Of a stretch of 64,000 nt of DNA, positions 42,781-51,630 are shown piece by piece. The notes under the pieces were generated by a model that did no database searches, was not told where the DNA came from, and saw only the letters and a program-made list of their open reading frames with translations. Every line of letters starts with the position of its first letter. Position 1 is the stretch's first letter. The DNA is taken from positions 19,784-83,783 of IMG/VR virus record IMGVR_UViG_3300024331_000061; one strand, given 5' to 3'. The translations under genes and the position numbers were made by a program. Source of the stretch: a virus (Duplodnaviria > Caudoviricetes).

Positions 42781-42972
42781 GTGGGCTACTGCGATACCTG
42801 CGGCAGGTTCGCCCTGCTGCACGAGGTCCTCAAGATATGCAGGCTGTGCCAGCTGAGCTGGCAGCCGCACGACCGCCCGAAGGACCTGGGCATCCGCCGG
42901 TTAGGCTGGGCTCATGGGACAGCCGATCGCGCCGAGCACGCCGGTCCTGATGGTCGCCCTGATGAACCTTAA
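42781..42972 (+). CDS. Small Zn-finger protein
   Basis: GGAGG then GTG; CDTC...CRLC motif; not separately listed in the ORF track. Confidence 0.4.
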   Translation: MGYCDTCGRFALLHEVLKICRLCQLSWQPHDRPKDLGIRRLGWAHGTADRAEHAGPDGRPDEP

Positions 42973-43177
42973 CCAGTCCAGCCAGGCTGGTCCGCTGCCC
43001 AGGGTGCTGACCGGGCACAGCTTCTGGGCCAGCTCGCGCCAGGTGCAGGTCCTCATCGGCGCAGGCCAGGCCCGCCTCTGGACAAACGGCGATCCGCCAG
43101 CCCCTCCCGCTGAGCCCAGGCTGACGGTGAACGGGGTGCCGGGCATGGCCGCCGGGACCACGAACAGCTCACACTGA
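42914..43177 (+). CDS. Hypothetical protein
   Basis: 87-aa ORF with protein-like composition, convergent with the leftward genes. Confidence 0.35.
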   Translation: MGQPIAPSTPVLMVALMNLNQSSQAGPLPRVLTGHSFWASSRQVQVLIGAGQARLWTNGDPPAPPAEPRLTVNGVPGMAAGTTNSSH

Positions 43178-43212
43178 ACCTCGTCTAGATCCCTACTCAG
43201 CCGGTCGGGAAC

Positions 43213-43284
43213 TCAGCGGCGCAGCAGCAGCACCACGACCACGATGATGAGGATCAGGACGATCGCGCCGATTCCGATATACAT
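43213..43284 (-). CDS. 23-aa single-TM peptide
   Basis: MYIGIGAIVLILIIVVVVLLLRR, directly after the upstream gene. Confidence 0.5.
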   Translation of the reverse strand: MYIGIGAIVLILIIVVVVLLLRR

Positions 43285-43293
43285 GCCGGTGAG

Positions 43294-43482
43294 CTACCCG
43301 CCGCGCGCCATGTCATTCATGACGCGCTGGCGCACCGCCTCGGCGCTGGCCTCCCAGTGGGTGCGGACCTCAGGTGAGCTGCCGAACCAGTCAGGCAGGT
43401 GCTCGTCATGGACGCTCTTGTGCCCCGCGTCCTCGCTGTAGGCGTCGTAGGCCACCTGGCCCAGGCTGCGCAGGTCGGCCAT
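43294..43482 (-). CDS. Small hypothetical phage protein
   Basis: 62 aa; LGQVAY-x-AY...W...W-x-A-x-A-x-AV pattern common in phage small proteins. Confidence 0.6.
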   Translation of the reverse strand: MADLRSLGQVAYDAYSEDAGHKSVHDEHLPDWFGSSPEVRTHWEASAEAVRQRVMNDMARGG

Positions 43483-43483
43483 C

Positions 43484-43819
43484 TCAGCCGCGCCCGAGGG
43501 ACGGCACGCCCTGCATCTGGCCCTGGATAGCCGGGGGCAGCGCGGAGAGCTGGGCGGCCAGCACGTGGCCCCAGCAGATCCGCAGCAGGCCCAGCTGCGG
43601 CATGATCGAGATGGAGACCACCTCCGCGAACTGCGGGTCGGGCAGCTGCGCCAGGTGCACGTCGAGCTTCAGCGGCTCCTGGGTGTTCTCCTTCAGGCCC
43701 TGCTCGATCTCGGTCCTGAAATAGCGGTCGAGGTCGTTGCGGTACAGGCCCACGCAGATCGGGCAGAACTCCTTGCCCTCGGGCGGGACAGGGCCGTTGA
43801 CCATCAGGATGGCTCGCAT
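43484..43819 (-). CDS. Hypothetical protein
   Basis: 111 aa; CPIC and CWGH; start-associated motif upstream. Confidence 0.6.
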   Translation of the reverse strand: MRAILMVNGPVPPEGKEFCPICVGLYRNDLDRYFRTEIEQGLKENTQEPLKLDVHLAQLPDPQFAEVVSISIMPQLGLLRICWGHVLAAQLSALPPAIQGQMQGVPSLGRG

Positions 43820-44014
43820 CGTGATCTTGATCCTCTCGTCGTTACGCGCCGCGCCGGGGGTCGGCCTGGCGGTCTGGTCTCAGCACGCTACCGGGCTCGT
43901 GGGCGCAGTCGCACAAGCGGCTGGCCAGCTTATCCAGGTCCGTGATGCCGGGGTCGAGCTGCCGGGCCACCTCGGGGCACTCGTGGTGCCGCCGCTCGCG
44001 GCACGGCGGGCAGA

Positions 44015-44374
44015 TCACCGCTCGATGCCCTTGCGCTCCAGGTCGCGGATCGCGTCCCGCACCCGTGCTCGCTCCAGCTCGTCACGTTCCTCGCGGTCCT
44101 CGCGCTCCCAGCGCTCCAGGACCCACGTGAGCGCCTCAGCGGGCGTCTGCCGGTCCACGATGAGCAGCTGGTCCATGTTCACGTCCAGGTGCCACAGGAC
44201 GCCCTTACGGACGTGCTCACGCTGTCCCCAGGCCGTGTCCGCCAGCCTGCGGCTGGCGTACAGCCGGATCATGCCGCTCGGCAGCCGGACCCAGGTGAAC
44301 ACCGCTTCGGGGTCGCCCTGCTGCGCGGCCCTGATGGCGTCGGCCGCGTGCTCGCGGTACTGCTCGATGCTCAC
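44015..44374 (-). CDS. Hypothetical protein
   Basis: 119-aa ORF with a 4-nt overlap. Confidence 0.55.
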   Translation of the reverse strand: MSIEQYREHAADAIRAAQQGDPEAVFTWVRLPSGMIRLYASRRLADTAWGQREHVRKGVLWHLDVNMDQLLIVDRQTPAEALTWVLERWEREDREERDELERARVRDAIRDLERKGIER

Positions 44375-44562
44375 GCCGCCTCCGTGATGAACTCGGTGCC
44401 GGGCGGCGGCGGGGCCATGCCCAGGATGGCCAGGTCGGCCTCGGTGTCAGTGATGATCATCGCGGTCAGGCAGCCCTCCCCGGCGAAGCCCTGGCAGTAC
44501 CACCAGCCCATCAGGTCGTCGTGGGTCATCGGCCCGTGCTGGAGGCAGCTCAGCGTGATCAC
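44371..44562 (-). CDS. Small hypothetical protein
   Basis: Start reassigned to GTG 44562, overlapping the upstream stop. Confidence 0.45.
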   Translation of the reverse strand: MITLSCLQHGPMTHDDLMGWWYCQGFAGEGCLTAMIITDTEADLAILGMAPPPPGTEFITEAA

Positions 44563-44825
44563 GGCACCTCGCTCATCATCAGCGGGGGCGGCGCGGCTAC
44601 CGCACGCGCCATGTCCGGCCCGTAGCCGTCCGCCGCCTGCGGCCGGATCTCGATGCCGTACATCTTCTGGATGGGCTCGAAGCAGTCCTTGCACAGCTCC
44701 ACGGGCTTCATCTCGTCGTAGCCAACCTGCTCGCCCTGGCTGGTGGTGTGCACGAGCGCCCCGCTCAGGTGCACCGTCAGGTTGATGCACTCCGTGCCGC
44801 AGCCGTCACAGAAAGTTTTCCGCAT
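44559..44825 (-). CDS. Small Zn-finger protein
   Basis: FCDGCG...ELCKDC motif. Confidence 0.6.
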   Translation of the reverse strand: MRKTFCDGCGTECINLTVHLSGALVHTTSQGEQVGYDEMKPVELCKDCFEPIQKMYGIEIRPQAADGYGPDMARAVAAPPPLMMSEVP

Positions 44826-44951
44826 CAGAACCCAACCTTTCCGGGTGCTGAGGGCCTGTAGGAGACGGGCGGGTGGCGGCGAGCCCAGTGCCGCCGGTAG
44901 CGCGCCAGCGTCCTGCGGCGCGGCCTGCGGCTCCAGTCACAGGCCGCGCAG

Positions 44952-45389
44952 CTAACCCGCGAGCCGCCCTGGAGCGGCGGCGGGGTCCTCATCGTCATCG
45001 TCATCGATCCTCTCGATCTTGATCACTCTAGCCTTGCTGATCTCGCCGGTGGCGTCGAAGCAGCGTCGGCAGTGGTAGCTGGTCGTGTCCTTCCCCAGCA
45101 TCAGCGCGTGGGCCTCGCATACGTCCGAGGCATCCAGGTGCTCGCCTATCGTGCACCCGATCCACGCCTTGTGGCTAGCGTTTCCCTTGCATCGCGCCGG
45201 GCCGCTGAAGATGACGCAGCCGCCGTCGGTGAGCTTGGCGTCATCCTGGTTCTCCCAGACCGGTGCCGGGCAGCCCATGAGCTGCTGGAGCCGGTCCTTA
45301 GGCGCTGCTGGCCCCGCCAGGGACAGGGCCTGAGCCCTGCGCCCGGACGAGGCCAGCAGCGCTTCGTCAGCGTCCCTCAGGTCGGTCAA
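44952..45389 (-). CDS. Cys-rich hypothetical protein
   Basis: 145 aa with several Cys/His clusters. Confidence 0.5.
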   Translation of the reverse strand: MTDLRDADEALLASSGRRAQALSLAGPAAPKDRLQQLMGCPAPVWENQDDAKLTDGGCVIFSGPARCKGNASHKAWIGCTIGEHLDASDVCEAHALMLGKDTTSYHCRRCFDATGEISKARVIKIERIDDDDDEDPAAAPGRLAG

Positions 45390-45390
45390 T

Positions 45391-45954
45391 TCAGATGGGC
45401 TTGAACTTCGGGAACAGCCAGACCTGCGTGAACGGGATGTTGCCGTTCGAGAACAGCCAGCGGGCCGTGCGATTGTTGCCCCGGAGCGGCGCGGACAGCA
45501 GCCGCTTGCTCACGCTGATGATGGTGTTGTAGACACCGCCGACGTGGCCGATCGCCAGGCTCTCGGGCACCGTGATCTGCTGGCCGCAGTTGTACGTCAC
45601 CGCGTAGTGGAACACCTGGCCCCTGATCTTGACCTCCTTGGGCTTGCCGCCCAGGCAGATGCCGGGGTGGGCTTTCAGGGCCACGATAATGACGGACTTG
45701 AACCGCGCGATCTTCCAGACCTGCTCCGCGTTGTGCTTGCTGGTGCACGGGGCCAGGTAGACGTACCCGCCGACGTGCGTGGCGGTGGTCAGGCACGGGT
45801 GACGCTGCTGGTCGGCCGTGATGTGGCCCTCAGCGAGCGACGGCGGCGGGCCGGGCTTGGCACTGGCGGCCGGGGTTCCGAGCGTGGCAGCCAGGACCAG
45901 GGCGAGCGGCAGCAGCAGCAGCAGCCACAGCCAGCCCTTGCGGGGCTTGTGCAT
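45391..45954 (-). CDS. Secreted ricin-B-lectin-like protein
   Basis: Strong signal peptide (LWLLLLLPLALVLAA...ASA); CL...LAPC...EQVW and GICL motifs. Confidence 0.6.
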   Translation of the reverse strand: MHKPRKGWLWLLLLLPLALVLAATLGTPAASAKPGPPPSLAEGHITADQQRHPCLTTATHVGGYVYLAPCTSKHNAEQVWKIARFKSVIIVALKAHPGICLGGKPKEVKIRGQVFHYAVTYNCGQQITVPESLAIGHVGGVYNTIISVSKRLLSAPLRGNNRTARWLFSNGNIPFTQVWLFPKFKPI

Positions 45955-45986
45955 GTGCGTCTCCTTGTTTGACTAGGGGGCAGATC

Positions 45987-45998
45987 GGTGTCTACACC
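45987..45998. promoter_or_regulatory. Palindromic operator GGTGT-NN-ACACC
   Basis: GGTGTCTACACC with perfect arms, upstream of 45954. Confidence 0.55.
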
Positions 45999-46510
45999 CA
46001 GTCGTCACCCATGTCAACACCCATGCCGATGAGCTGCTTGCCGCCGGGGGTCCAGTAGTTGCTGGCGTGGCGCTGGCGCAGCGTCAGCAGCACCGTGACG
46101 AGCCGGGGGCTGACCTCGGTGATGCTGTGCGCCTGGTCGTGGCCGAGCCGGTGGATGCTGAACCGGCGGTGCCGCTTATGCGTCACCTTGGCCAGGTCCT
46201 CCGGGTCGGTGTAGACATCCTCGTCGTACCAGCCGAGCTTGCCGCTGAAGAACGTGCGGCTGTGGTCATGCGGGTATTCCCGCTGGTCATCGGCCATGTG
46301 CACGCGGGTCACGTCCAGGCCCAGGTAGGGCGTGCGGAAGACGATGAACCGGGTCAGGAAGCGCTCGCCGTTGATCTCGGACGTGTAGGGCCAGTACGCG
46401 CACCAGCGGCCCTCGTGATTGCGGCCGACGCCCAGCAGCGCCCAGTTGGGCATGCCGCCGTTCTTGCGCTCGGTCTTCGCGGTGACCTGCGGGTTATCAG
46501 TGATCGTCAT
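45992..46510 (-). CDS. Cupin-fold (RmlC-like) protein
   Basis: Start reassigned to ATG 46510; D-x-x-R-x-x-PHDH...F-x-S...Y-x-E and H-x-I cupin motifs. Confidence 0.6.
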   Translation of the reverse strand: MTITDNPQVTAKTERKNGGMPNWALLGVGRNHEGRWCAYWPYTSEINGERFLTRFIVFRTPYLGLDVTRVHMADDQREYPHDHSRTFFSGKLGWYDEDVYTDPEDLAKVTHKRHRRFSIHRLGHDQAHSITEVSPRLVTVLLTLRQRHASNYWTPGGKQLIGMGVDMGDDWV

Positions 46511-46665
46511 CAGAATCGGTTCCTCCAGAGTGTCTTGCGGTGGGTCCAGCGCCACCAGAAGGGCTGGTGCTGGCGGTAGTCGGCCGACATGCCGCAGCTG
46601 CACAGCGCGTCGGTCTCATGTGGCGGCACCTCGTACTTGTGAGGGCCTGTCGCGTTGATCTTCAT
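46510..46665 (-). CDS. Small hypothetical protein (51 aa)
   Basis: MKINATGPHKYEVPPHETDALCSCG...; stop overlaps the next start. Confidence 0.45.
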   Translation of the reverse strand: MKINATGPHKYEVPPHETDALCSCGMSADYRQHQPFWWRWTHRKTLWRNRF

Positions 46666-46682
46666 CGTGGTCCCGTGGCATC

Positions 46683-46919
46683 CTAGCCCGGCTCGTTGGC
46701 CGGATGCGGGGCTTTCGGCTCAGGCAGCCGGGAACCGCGCCGCCGGGGCTCGGCGTCGGCTGCCTTCCTCACCAGCCTGGCCAGCCTGGCCAGGTCGTGC
46801 ACGGGCAGATCGGCCAGCGCATTCGTGATCGCGTCATCGGAGCACGCGACCACGAACCGCAGGTTGTCCCGGCAGAAGCCGGGCGCGATCGGCATCATCC
46901 GGTCATGCGCCTTGGTCAT
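46683..46919 (-). CDS. Hypothetical protein
   Basis: 78-aa ORF with a 4-nt overlap. Confidence 0.45.
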   Translation of the reverse strand: MTKAHDRMMPIAPGFCRDNLRFVVACSDDAITNALADLPVHDLARLARLVRKAADAEPRRRGSRLPEPKAPHPANEPG

Positions 46920-47155
46920 CGCGGGTCCTCCAGGTCGCGGATGGCCGTGATGAGCCGGTCGCGGTCCCAGAGCCCGGCCGCGTCAGCGAGGCTGCCAGCC
47001 CTGTTCTGGTCCTGGAGCCGCAGGTACTCCGCGAGCAGGCCCACCCTGTCCAGCTTCGCCAGCCGGTGCACACGGCTGGCCATGCGGGTGCGCCACTCCG
47101 TTTGCGGGCCGGTGACCTGGCCTGATCCCCAGCTGCCCTCGATCTCAGACATCAT
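46916..47155 (-). CDS. Hypothetical protein
   Basis: 79-aa ORF in a coupled operon. Confidence 0.5.
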   Translation of the reverse strand: MMSEIEGSWGSGQVTGPQTEWRTRMASRVHRLAKLDRVGLLAEYLRLQDQNRAGSLADAAGLWDRDRLITAIRDLEDPR

Positions 47156-47441
47156 CGTGGCCGCCCTCCTTCGCGCGGTAGGCGCGCACGCCGATGTCGG
47201 CGTACAGGCGCTTGCCGCTCGGGATCAGGGCCAGGATGACCGCCGGGGTGACGCCCTCCCTGGCCGCCAGCGAGCCCTGCACCGGGATGCCCCGGATCTT
47301 GTAGTCGGGCGTGATCGCCAGCGGCGAGATGATGTCGCCGGTCAGCCTGCGGGCCTCCCGGAAGGCATTGCCCTCCAGCTCGTCCGGGGTGTCCCCGGTG
47401 ACCAGCACGAAGACGGTGTAGCGGATCTCCTGCTCACTCAT
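47145..47441 (-). CDS. Hypothetical protein
   Basis: 98-aa ORF in a coupled operon. Confidence 0.5.
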   Translation of the reverse strand: MSEQEIRYTVFVLVTGDTPDELEGNAFREARRLTGDIISPLAITPDYKIRGIPVQGSLAAREGVTPAVILALIPSGKRLYADIGVRAYRAKEGGHDDV

Positions 47442-47700
47442 CGGGGCCGTCCTCGTCCTCGGGCACCCAGGTCCAGGTGCCGCCGCCGTGGTTCTTCACG
47501 GCCTCGTCGCCCAGGTACTCGACGTTGGACCGGAACACCTCGATGCCCCGGCGGATGTCACCGGCACCGGCCGTGACCAGATCCAGCGCGACCATGCTGG
47601 GCATGGCATCGCCCTCGGCGTCGGTGTAGTTCTGGGTCAGGTAGCGGACCACCTGATCCGGGCTGGTGCAGATCTCATTGCCCAGGTAGCGGTCGGTCAT
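47434..47700 (-). CDS. Hypothetical protein
   Basis: Start reassigned to ATG 47700, preceded by the start-associated motif. Confidence 0.55.
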   Translation of the reverse strand: MTDRYLGNEICTSPDQVVRYLTQNYTDAEGDAMPSMVALDLVTAGAGDIRRGIEVFRSNVEYLGDEAVKNHGGGTWTWVPEDEDGPDE

Positions 47701-47839
47701 CGTGATCGTTGTCCTCTCGTTGCGCGGCCTTGCGCGCATGGTGTGCTTCCGCCCACTGGAGCAGCGGGCGCTTGATGGCGAACAGGGCCAGGATGCCGAT
47801 GAACACCAGAATCCCGACCCACAGCGGCTCTGGCATCAT
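47675..47839 (-). CDS. Small membrane protein (54 aa)
   Basis: MMPEPLWVGILVFIGILALFAIKR...; ATGA overlap with the upstream stop. Confidence 0.45.
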   Translation of the reverse strand: MMPEPLWVGILVFIGILALFAIKRPLLQWAEAHHARKAAQREDNDHDDRPLPGQ

Positions 47840-48048
47840 GCCGCCCTCTCGGTCAGCGAGCTGATGTCCACCAGCTCAGCTAGCTCGGCCATGGTGCGCG
47901 GGTTGCGCGCATCCGGCCCCTGGTAGTGCGGCGGGGTCCAGAGCACCTGGAATCCGTGCCGCCGGACCCGGTACTCGGAGGTGCGGCCATCGATGCCGAT
48001 GGCCTGCACCTCCAGGCAGCCCGGCCCGTCGAAGACAGGCTGGCTCAT
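47836..48048 (-). CDS. Hypothetical protein
   Basis: MSQPVFDGPGCLEVQAI...; start overlaps the upstream stop. Confidence 0.5.
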   Translation of the reverse strand: MSQPVFDGPGCLEVQAIGIDGRTSEYRVRRHGFQVLWTPPHYQGPDARNPRTMAELAELVDISSLTERAA

Positions 48049-48515
48049 AACCGGATCAGCCTGCAATTCAGCAGGTCGCGGTAGTTGGACGTGAAGTGGT
48101 TGCGGTGCCCGTAGACATCGCAGTCGTACGTGTGGCCCGGCACCAGCTGGGCGTACAGGTCGGTGCTGTTGAACTTGCCGTGCCAGAAGGCGTCGGTGTC
48201 CTTGAAGGTCTCGCCTGGCGTGGTCGGCGTGCCCCTGGTGAAGATCAGGTACTGATGGCCGTTGCTGCCGGTCGCCTGGTCGTCCTTGGACGCCACGGTC
48301 AGCGTGACGTGGGTCTCGGTGCCGAACTGGTAGCTCCAGACCCAGTAGCTGATGCCCGCCAGCCCGCCCAGGATGGCCAGCAGGATGAGCCAGCTGCCGA
48401 TGTGCAGCCGGTGGCTGTCACTGCGGATGCGGCTCGGCCGGGGCACGTAGTACGTGCTGCGCTCGCGGTAGGCGCTGGGCCTGGTGAACGGCCGGTCGTC
48501 TTGCGGGTAGGTCAT
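48045..48515 (-). CDS. Membrane-anchored protein, DUF1523-like
   Basis: TM helix then YLIFT...F-x-x-TD-x-x-x-x-GKFNS-x-D-x-YAQL-x-x-G-x-TY-x-x-x-VYG-x-R. Confidence 0.6.
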   Translation of the reverse strand: MTYPQDDRPFTRPSAYRERSTYYVPRPSRIRSDSHRLHIGSWLILLAILGGLAGISYWVWSYQFGTETHVTLTVASKDDQATGSNGHQYLIFTRGTPTTPGETFKDTDAFWHGKFNSTDLYAQLVPGHTYDCDVYGHRNHFTSNYRDLLNCRLIRL

Positions 48516-48630
48516 GATCGTTATCGTCTCTCCGTGAGATGGTGGGTGCAGGACCCGCCTATGTCCGTCTCGCGCTCAGGATGTCTCGCCTAGCTCGCGG
48601 CTGCATCGTCTTCCGTCCGGGTCCTGCACT

Positions 48631-48642
48631 CGTGTAAACACC
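48631..48642. promoter_or_regulatory. Palindromic operator TGT-NN-ACA
   Basis: CGTGTAAACACC, intergenic. Confidence 0.55.
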
Positions 48643-48942
48643 CTACCAGTGCTCCGGTATTCCGAACAGGAACACCGCGCCGGTATGGCGGTCGGTCATG
48701 ACGAAGCCGTGCACCACGCAGCCCTGCTGCGGAGCGCCGGGATCGCCCCAGTCGTACCGCCGCTCGCACGCGCAGATAACCGGACCCCAGAACTGCACCT
48801 GGGCGTAGCTCTCGCGCTCGAATCGGTGGACGGCATCATGAAACGCCTTCTCGGCGGCCTCGTACGCCGGGTTCACCGCCTGGCCCTGCTGCGCCGCGAG
48901 CATGGCGGCCAGCTGCGGGGGCAGCTCCCCGATCTCGGTCAC
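48643..48942 (-). CDS. Hypothetical protein
   Basis: 99-aa ORF with an ATGA overlap. Confidence 0.5.
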   Translation of the reverse strand: MTEIGELPPQLAAMLAAQQGQAVNPAYEAAEKAFHDAVHRFERESYAQVQFWGPVICACERRYDWGDPGAPQQGCVVHGFVMTDRHTGAVFLFGIPEHW

Positions 48943-49571
48943 GGGGCTGTCTGCCAGTTGCGCGCGATGGCCAGCCTGGCTGCGCTCAGCGTCATCTCGC
49001 CCGCGCAGACATCAGCCCTCAGGTCGTTTTCCACAGGGTCCTTCACATTGGGGACAGGACCGACCTCGGGCCACAGGTTGGTGATGTCGTTGCTGCCGCC
49101 CAGCTCCAGCGGCACCAGGTGGTCCAGCTCGCTGGTCGCGGCGGTCGGGATGTCGTAGGCCGGGTAGGCCACGCTGAACTTGGCGCGGGTCGTCTGGCTG
49201 GCCGGCGGGCGCACTGTCGCGGTCCAGCCCTTCATGCAGATGGTCGAGCGGATCGTCGCCTGGGTCACCTTGGCGTCGGTGCTGCCGGGCGTGCACAGCG
49301 GATCAGGCAGCCTGCCGCTGTCCCGCACATGGCACTGGCCGGGCCTGAGCGACACGCTGTAGGTCACGCGGCCCTCCGTGCCGCTGATGACATGCAGGGA
49401 AGCGCCAGCGCTCGCTGAGGGCGTGCTGGGGGCCTTCTGGGCCGGGCTGCTGCTGGCGGGGCTGGCTGAGCTGGCTGGCGGTGTGCCAGGTGCCTGAGTG
49501 CCAGCGGGCACAGCCGCGCTCGTGCACCCGGCCAGCAGCGCCAGCCCTGCCAGCCAGGCTGCCCTACTCAC
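48939..49571 (-). CDS. Lipoprotein with HNH-like (His-Me) domain
   Basis: Lipobox LAGC; Ser/Ala/Pro linker; ELDHLVPLELGGSN-x-x-x-NLWP...KD-x-x-EN motif. Confidence 0.7.
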   Translation of the reverse strand: MSRAAWLAGLALLAGCTSAAVPAGTQAPGTPPASSASPASSSPAQKAPSTPSASAGASLHVISGTEGRVTYSVSLRPGQCHVRDSGRLPDPLCTPGSTDAKVTQATIRSTICMKGWTATVRPPASQTTRAKFSVAYPAYDIPTAATSELDHLVPLELGGSNDITNLWPEVGPVPNVKDPVENDLRADVCAGEMTLSAARLAIARNWQTAP

Positions 49572-49893
49572 CGCGCCTGCCCGCGCGCTTGGCCCAGCGC
49601 ACCCGCAGCCCTCGCGGCGCGTCGGTCTTGACGCGCACCTGCTCGGCGGTGAACCTGTCCAGCTGAGCTGGCGCGGGCACCTTCGGCTTCTGCCAGCTCT
49701 CGTCCCAGGTGGCCACCAGGCCCTCCAGGTCGTGCCGCTGAGCCTTGCGCGGCATGGACGGGTTGCGGCGGGCGAAGTCGTGCCGCGCCTTATGGCGGTA
49801 GCGGCGCGTCTGTGCTGGCGTCATCGGGCCGCTGCGCTCACCGCAGTAGCTCGCCAGCCTGCGCACCTGGGTCATCGGCGGGGTCTCGCTCAT
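49564..49893 (-). CDS. Basic hypothetical protein
   Basis: 109 aa, Arg-rich, coupled overlaps. Confidence 0.5.
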   Translation of the reverse strand: MSETPPMTQVRRLASYCGERSGPMTPAQTRRYRHKARHDFARRNPSMPRKAQRHDLEGLVATWDESWQKPKVPAPAQLDRFTAEQVRVKTDAPRGLRVRWAKRAGRRGE

Positions 49894-50039
49894 GACGGCT
49901 CTGCCGTGATGTCGATGTCCTCGCCCACCTGGCCCAGCAGGTCGGTGATCACCTCGTAGCCCTCGTTGCTCACGCCCATGGCGTGGCCCTCGTCGGCGTA
50001 CTCGGGGTCGATCGTCATCGTGATGCGGATCTTGCTCAC
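49890..50039 (-). CDS. Small acidic hypothetical protein
   Basis: Start reassigned to GTG 50039. Confidence 0.45.
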   Translation of the reverse strand: MSKIRITMTIDPEYADEGHAMGVSNEGYEVITDLLGQVGEDIDITAEPS

Positions 50040-50287
50040 GGCGTCACCAGCCGCTCCACTAGCACGCGGTACTCCCAGCACAGCCAGCGCAGGCTGTCGC
50101 GGTCGCGCAGGATGCCGTGCTGGTCGCGGCGCTGGATCTGGCTGGATTCCTGCATGGTGGCGGCCTCGGCGTCCAGCTCGGCCGCGCGCCTGCTGAGCAG
50201 CTCAGCCAGCCTGGACGTGGTGAGCGGCTTGTCCTGCTGAGCCCGGTCGATCTCGGCGCGGATGTCCTCGGGTGTCTTCATGACCAT
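50036..50287 (-). CDS. Hypothetical protein
   Basis: Start reassigned to ATG 50287, after GGAG and the start-associated motif. Confidence 0.5.
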   Translation of the reverse strand: MVMKTPEDIRAEIDRAQQDKPLTTSRLAELLSRRAAELDAEAATMQESSQIQRRDQHGILRDRDSLRWLCWEYRVLVERLVTP

Positions 50288-50301
50288 CGTGATCGTCTCC
50301 C

Positions 50302-50493
50302 TCATCGTGGTGCCGCCAGCCCGGCCAGGTGGGCTCGGAAGGCGGCTATGGCCTGCTTCGCGGGCAAGCGTACAGCTACGAGCAGCGGCGCGCAGCCGCG
50401 CCTGCACGTGCAGTTCACGCAGATCTTGTGCTGGTTGCCGACGTAGCCGAGGACTATCCGGTGCTCGGCCTCGGTGTCCAGCACCAGGTGCAC
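50302..50493 (-). CDS. Small hypothetical protein
   Basis: 63 aa with a C-x-x-C-x-C cluster. Confidence 0.4.
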   Translation of the reverse strand: MHLVLDTEAEHRIVLGYVGNQHKICVNCTCRRGCAPLLVAVRLPAKQAIAAFRAHLAGLAAPR

Positions 50494-50518
50494 GTTTTCA
50501 CTCTACGCTGACCTGCGG

Positions 50519-50650
50519 TTACGGCTTCTTCTTGTCGATCTTCTCCTGGATCTTGTCAATGCCGCCCGGCTTGATCTCGGCATCCTTGGAGTCGCCCTCC
50601 TTCTTGATCTCTTCCTTGATCTTCTTGTCTTTGTCCTTGTCAGACGCCAT
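50519..50650 (-). CDS. Highly charged Lys/Asp/Glu peptide
   Basis: MASDKDKDKKIKEEIKKEGDSKDAEIK...; strongly coding-like codon usage. Confidence 0.5.
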   Translation of the reverse strand: MASDKDKDKKIKEEIKKEGDSKDAEIKPGGIDKIQEKIDKKKP

Positions 50651-50710
50651 ATTCGCCAGTCTGTTCGTATCAGGAGCCAGATCATGGTGCACCAATTGGT
50701 GCAGCAGCAC

Positions 50711-51316
50711 TCACTCGGCCTCGGCGGTCAGGTCGGCCAGGGCGTACAGCTCGGGCCAGTTCAGCACCTCGTTGGGCATCCCGGCCGCTGGCGGGAAGCG
50801 GACGATCTGGCCGTCCTCGTCGCGGGCGATGCCGAGCGCCAGCTGGATCAGCTCGACTCCCCGCGCGATGTGGATCAGCAGCGCCTCGGTGTTCCAGCCC
50901 TCGATGGAGGGCGAGGTCACCGGATGCGCCCTGCCAGCCTCTGTGGCTGCCGCTGTGGCCCTGTCCACGATCTGTCCCGGACTCAGCTCGGGGTCGTCGG
51001 ACAGGGGCAACTGGGGCTGCTCGTAGCCGCTGGCGGCCCTGGCGGCCTCCACGGTCTGCGAGCGCACGCCCCGGTACTCGGTGAGCACCGCGTCATAGGC
51101 GTCCCGCAGCTGCGTGCCGGTGACCGAGGTGCCGTCCGCCAGCCCGATCATGGAGTCGCGGAAGCCGCCGGTCTCGCGGTCCTCCAGGTGCGAGCCGATC
51201 GAGCTGGGCGAGCTGAGCCGGGGCTTGGGGCTGAGCTTGTCCCAGTAGGTGGCGAACCAGCCGACCGCATCGGTGCGGGGCTGCTGGTCCTTCAGCCAGC
51301 TTGCGAACGTGGCCAT
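50711..51316 (-). CDS. YozE/SAM-like N-terminal domain protein
   Basis: TF-x-x-WL-x-x-Q-x-x-R-x-D-x-VG-x-x-A pattern. Confidence 0.55.
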   Translation of the reverse strand: MATFASWLKDQQPRTDAVGWFATYWDKLSPKPRLSSPSSIGSHLEDRETGGFRDSMIGLADGTSVTGTQLRDAYDAVLTEYRGVRSQTVEAARAASGYEQPQLPLSDDPELSPGQIVDRATAAATEAGRAHPVTSPSIEGWNTEALLIHIARGVELIQLALGIARDEDGQIVRFPPAAGMPNEVLNWPELYALADLTAEAE

Positions 51317-51374
51317 GTGTGTCTCCCATCGTCATCGGAACCGTACCCCCATCCTAGCCTGTCCAGCCGGTTGA

Positions 51375-51610
51375 CGCAGCCCTCGTTCAAGTTCTAGATG
51401 AGAGTTCCTAGAATCTACATTCTTCACAACAATTACACGTTTTTTGGTAGAACTTTCTCTATATAGGGGGGGTGTTTACTTCCTCTCTATAGGGGACTTC
51501 TTGACCGATTCGTGTAAAAGGTGAAACTAACTAAGATATATATAGGATGATCTAGGCTAGATGGTCAACCAAAGTTGACAGGCTAGAGCGTCAGGACGGT
51601 CACGTTTCTT
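51375..51610. other. AT-rich putative replication origin / promoter region
   Basis: GC ~37-38% over 51421-51540, against ~70% elsewhere; CTCTAT(AT)AGGGG twice; adjacent to the helicase gene end. Confidence 0.55.
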
Positions 51611-51630
51611 ACACGCTTTGCGGAAGACTC

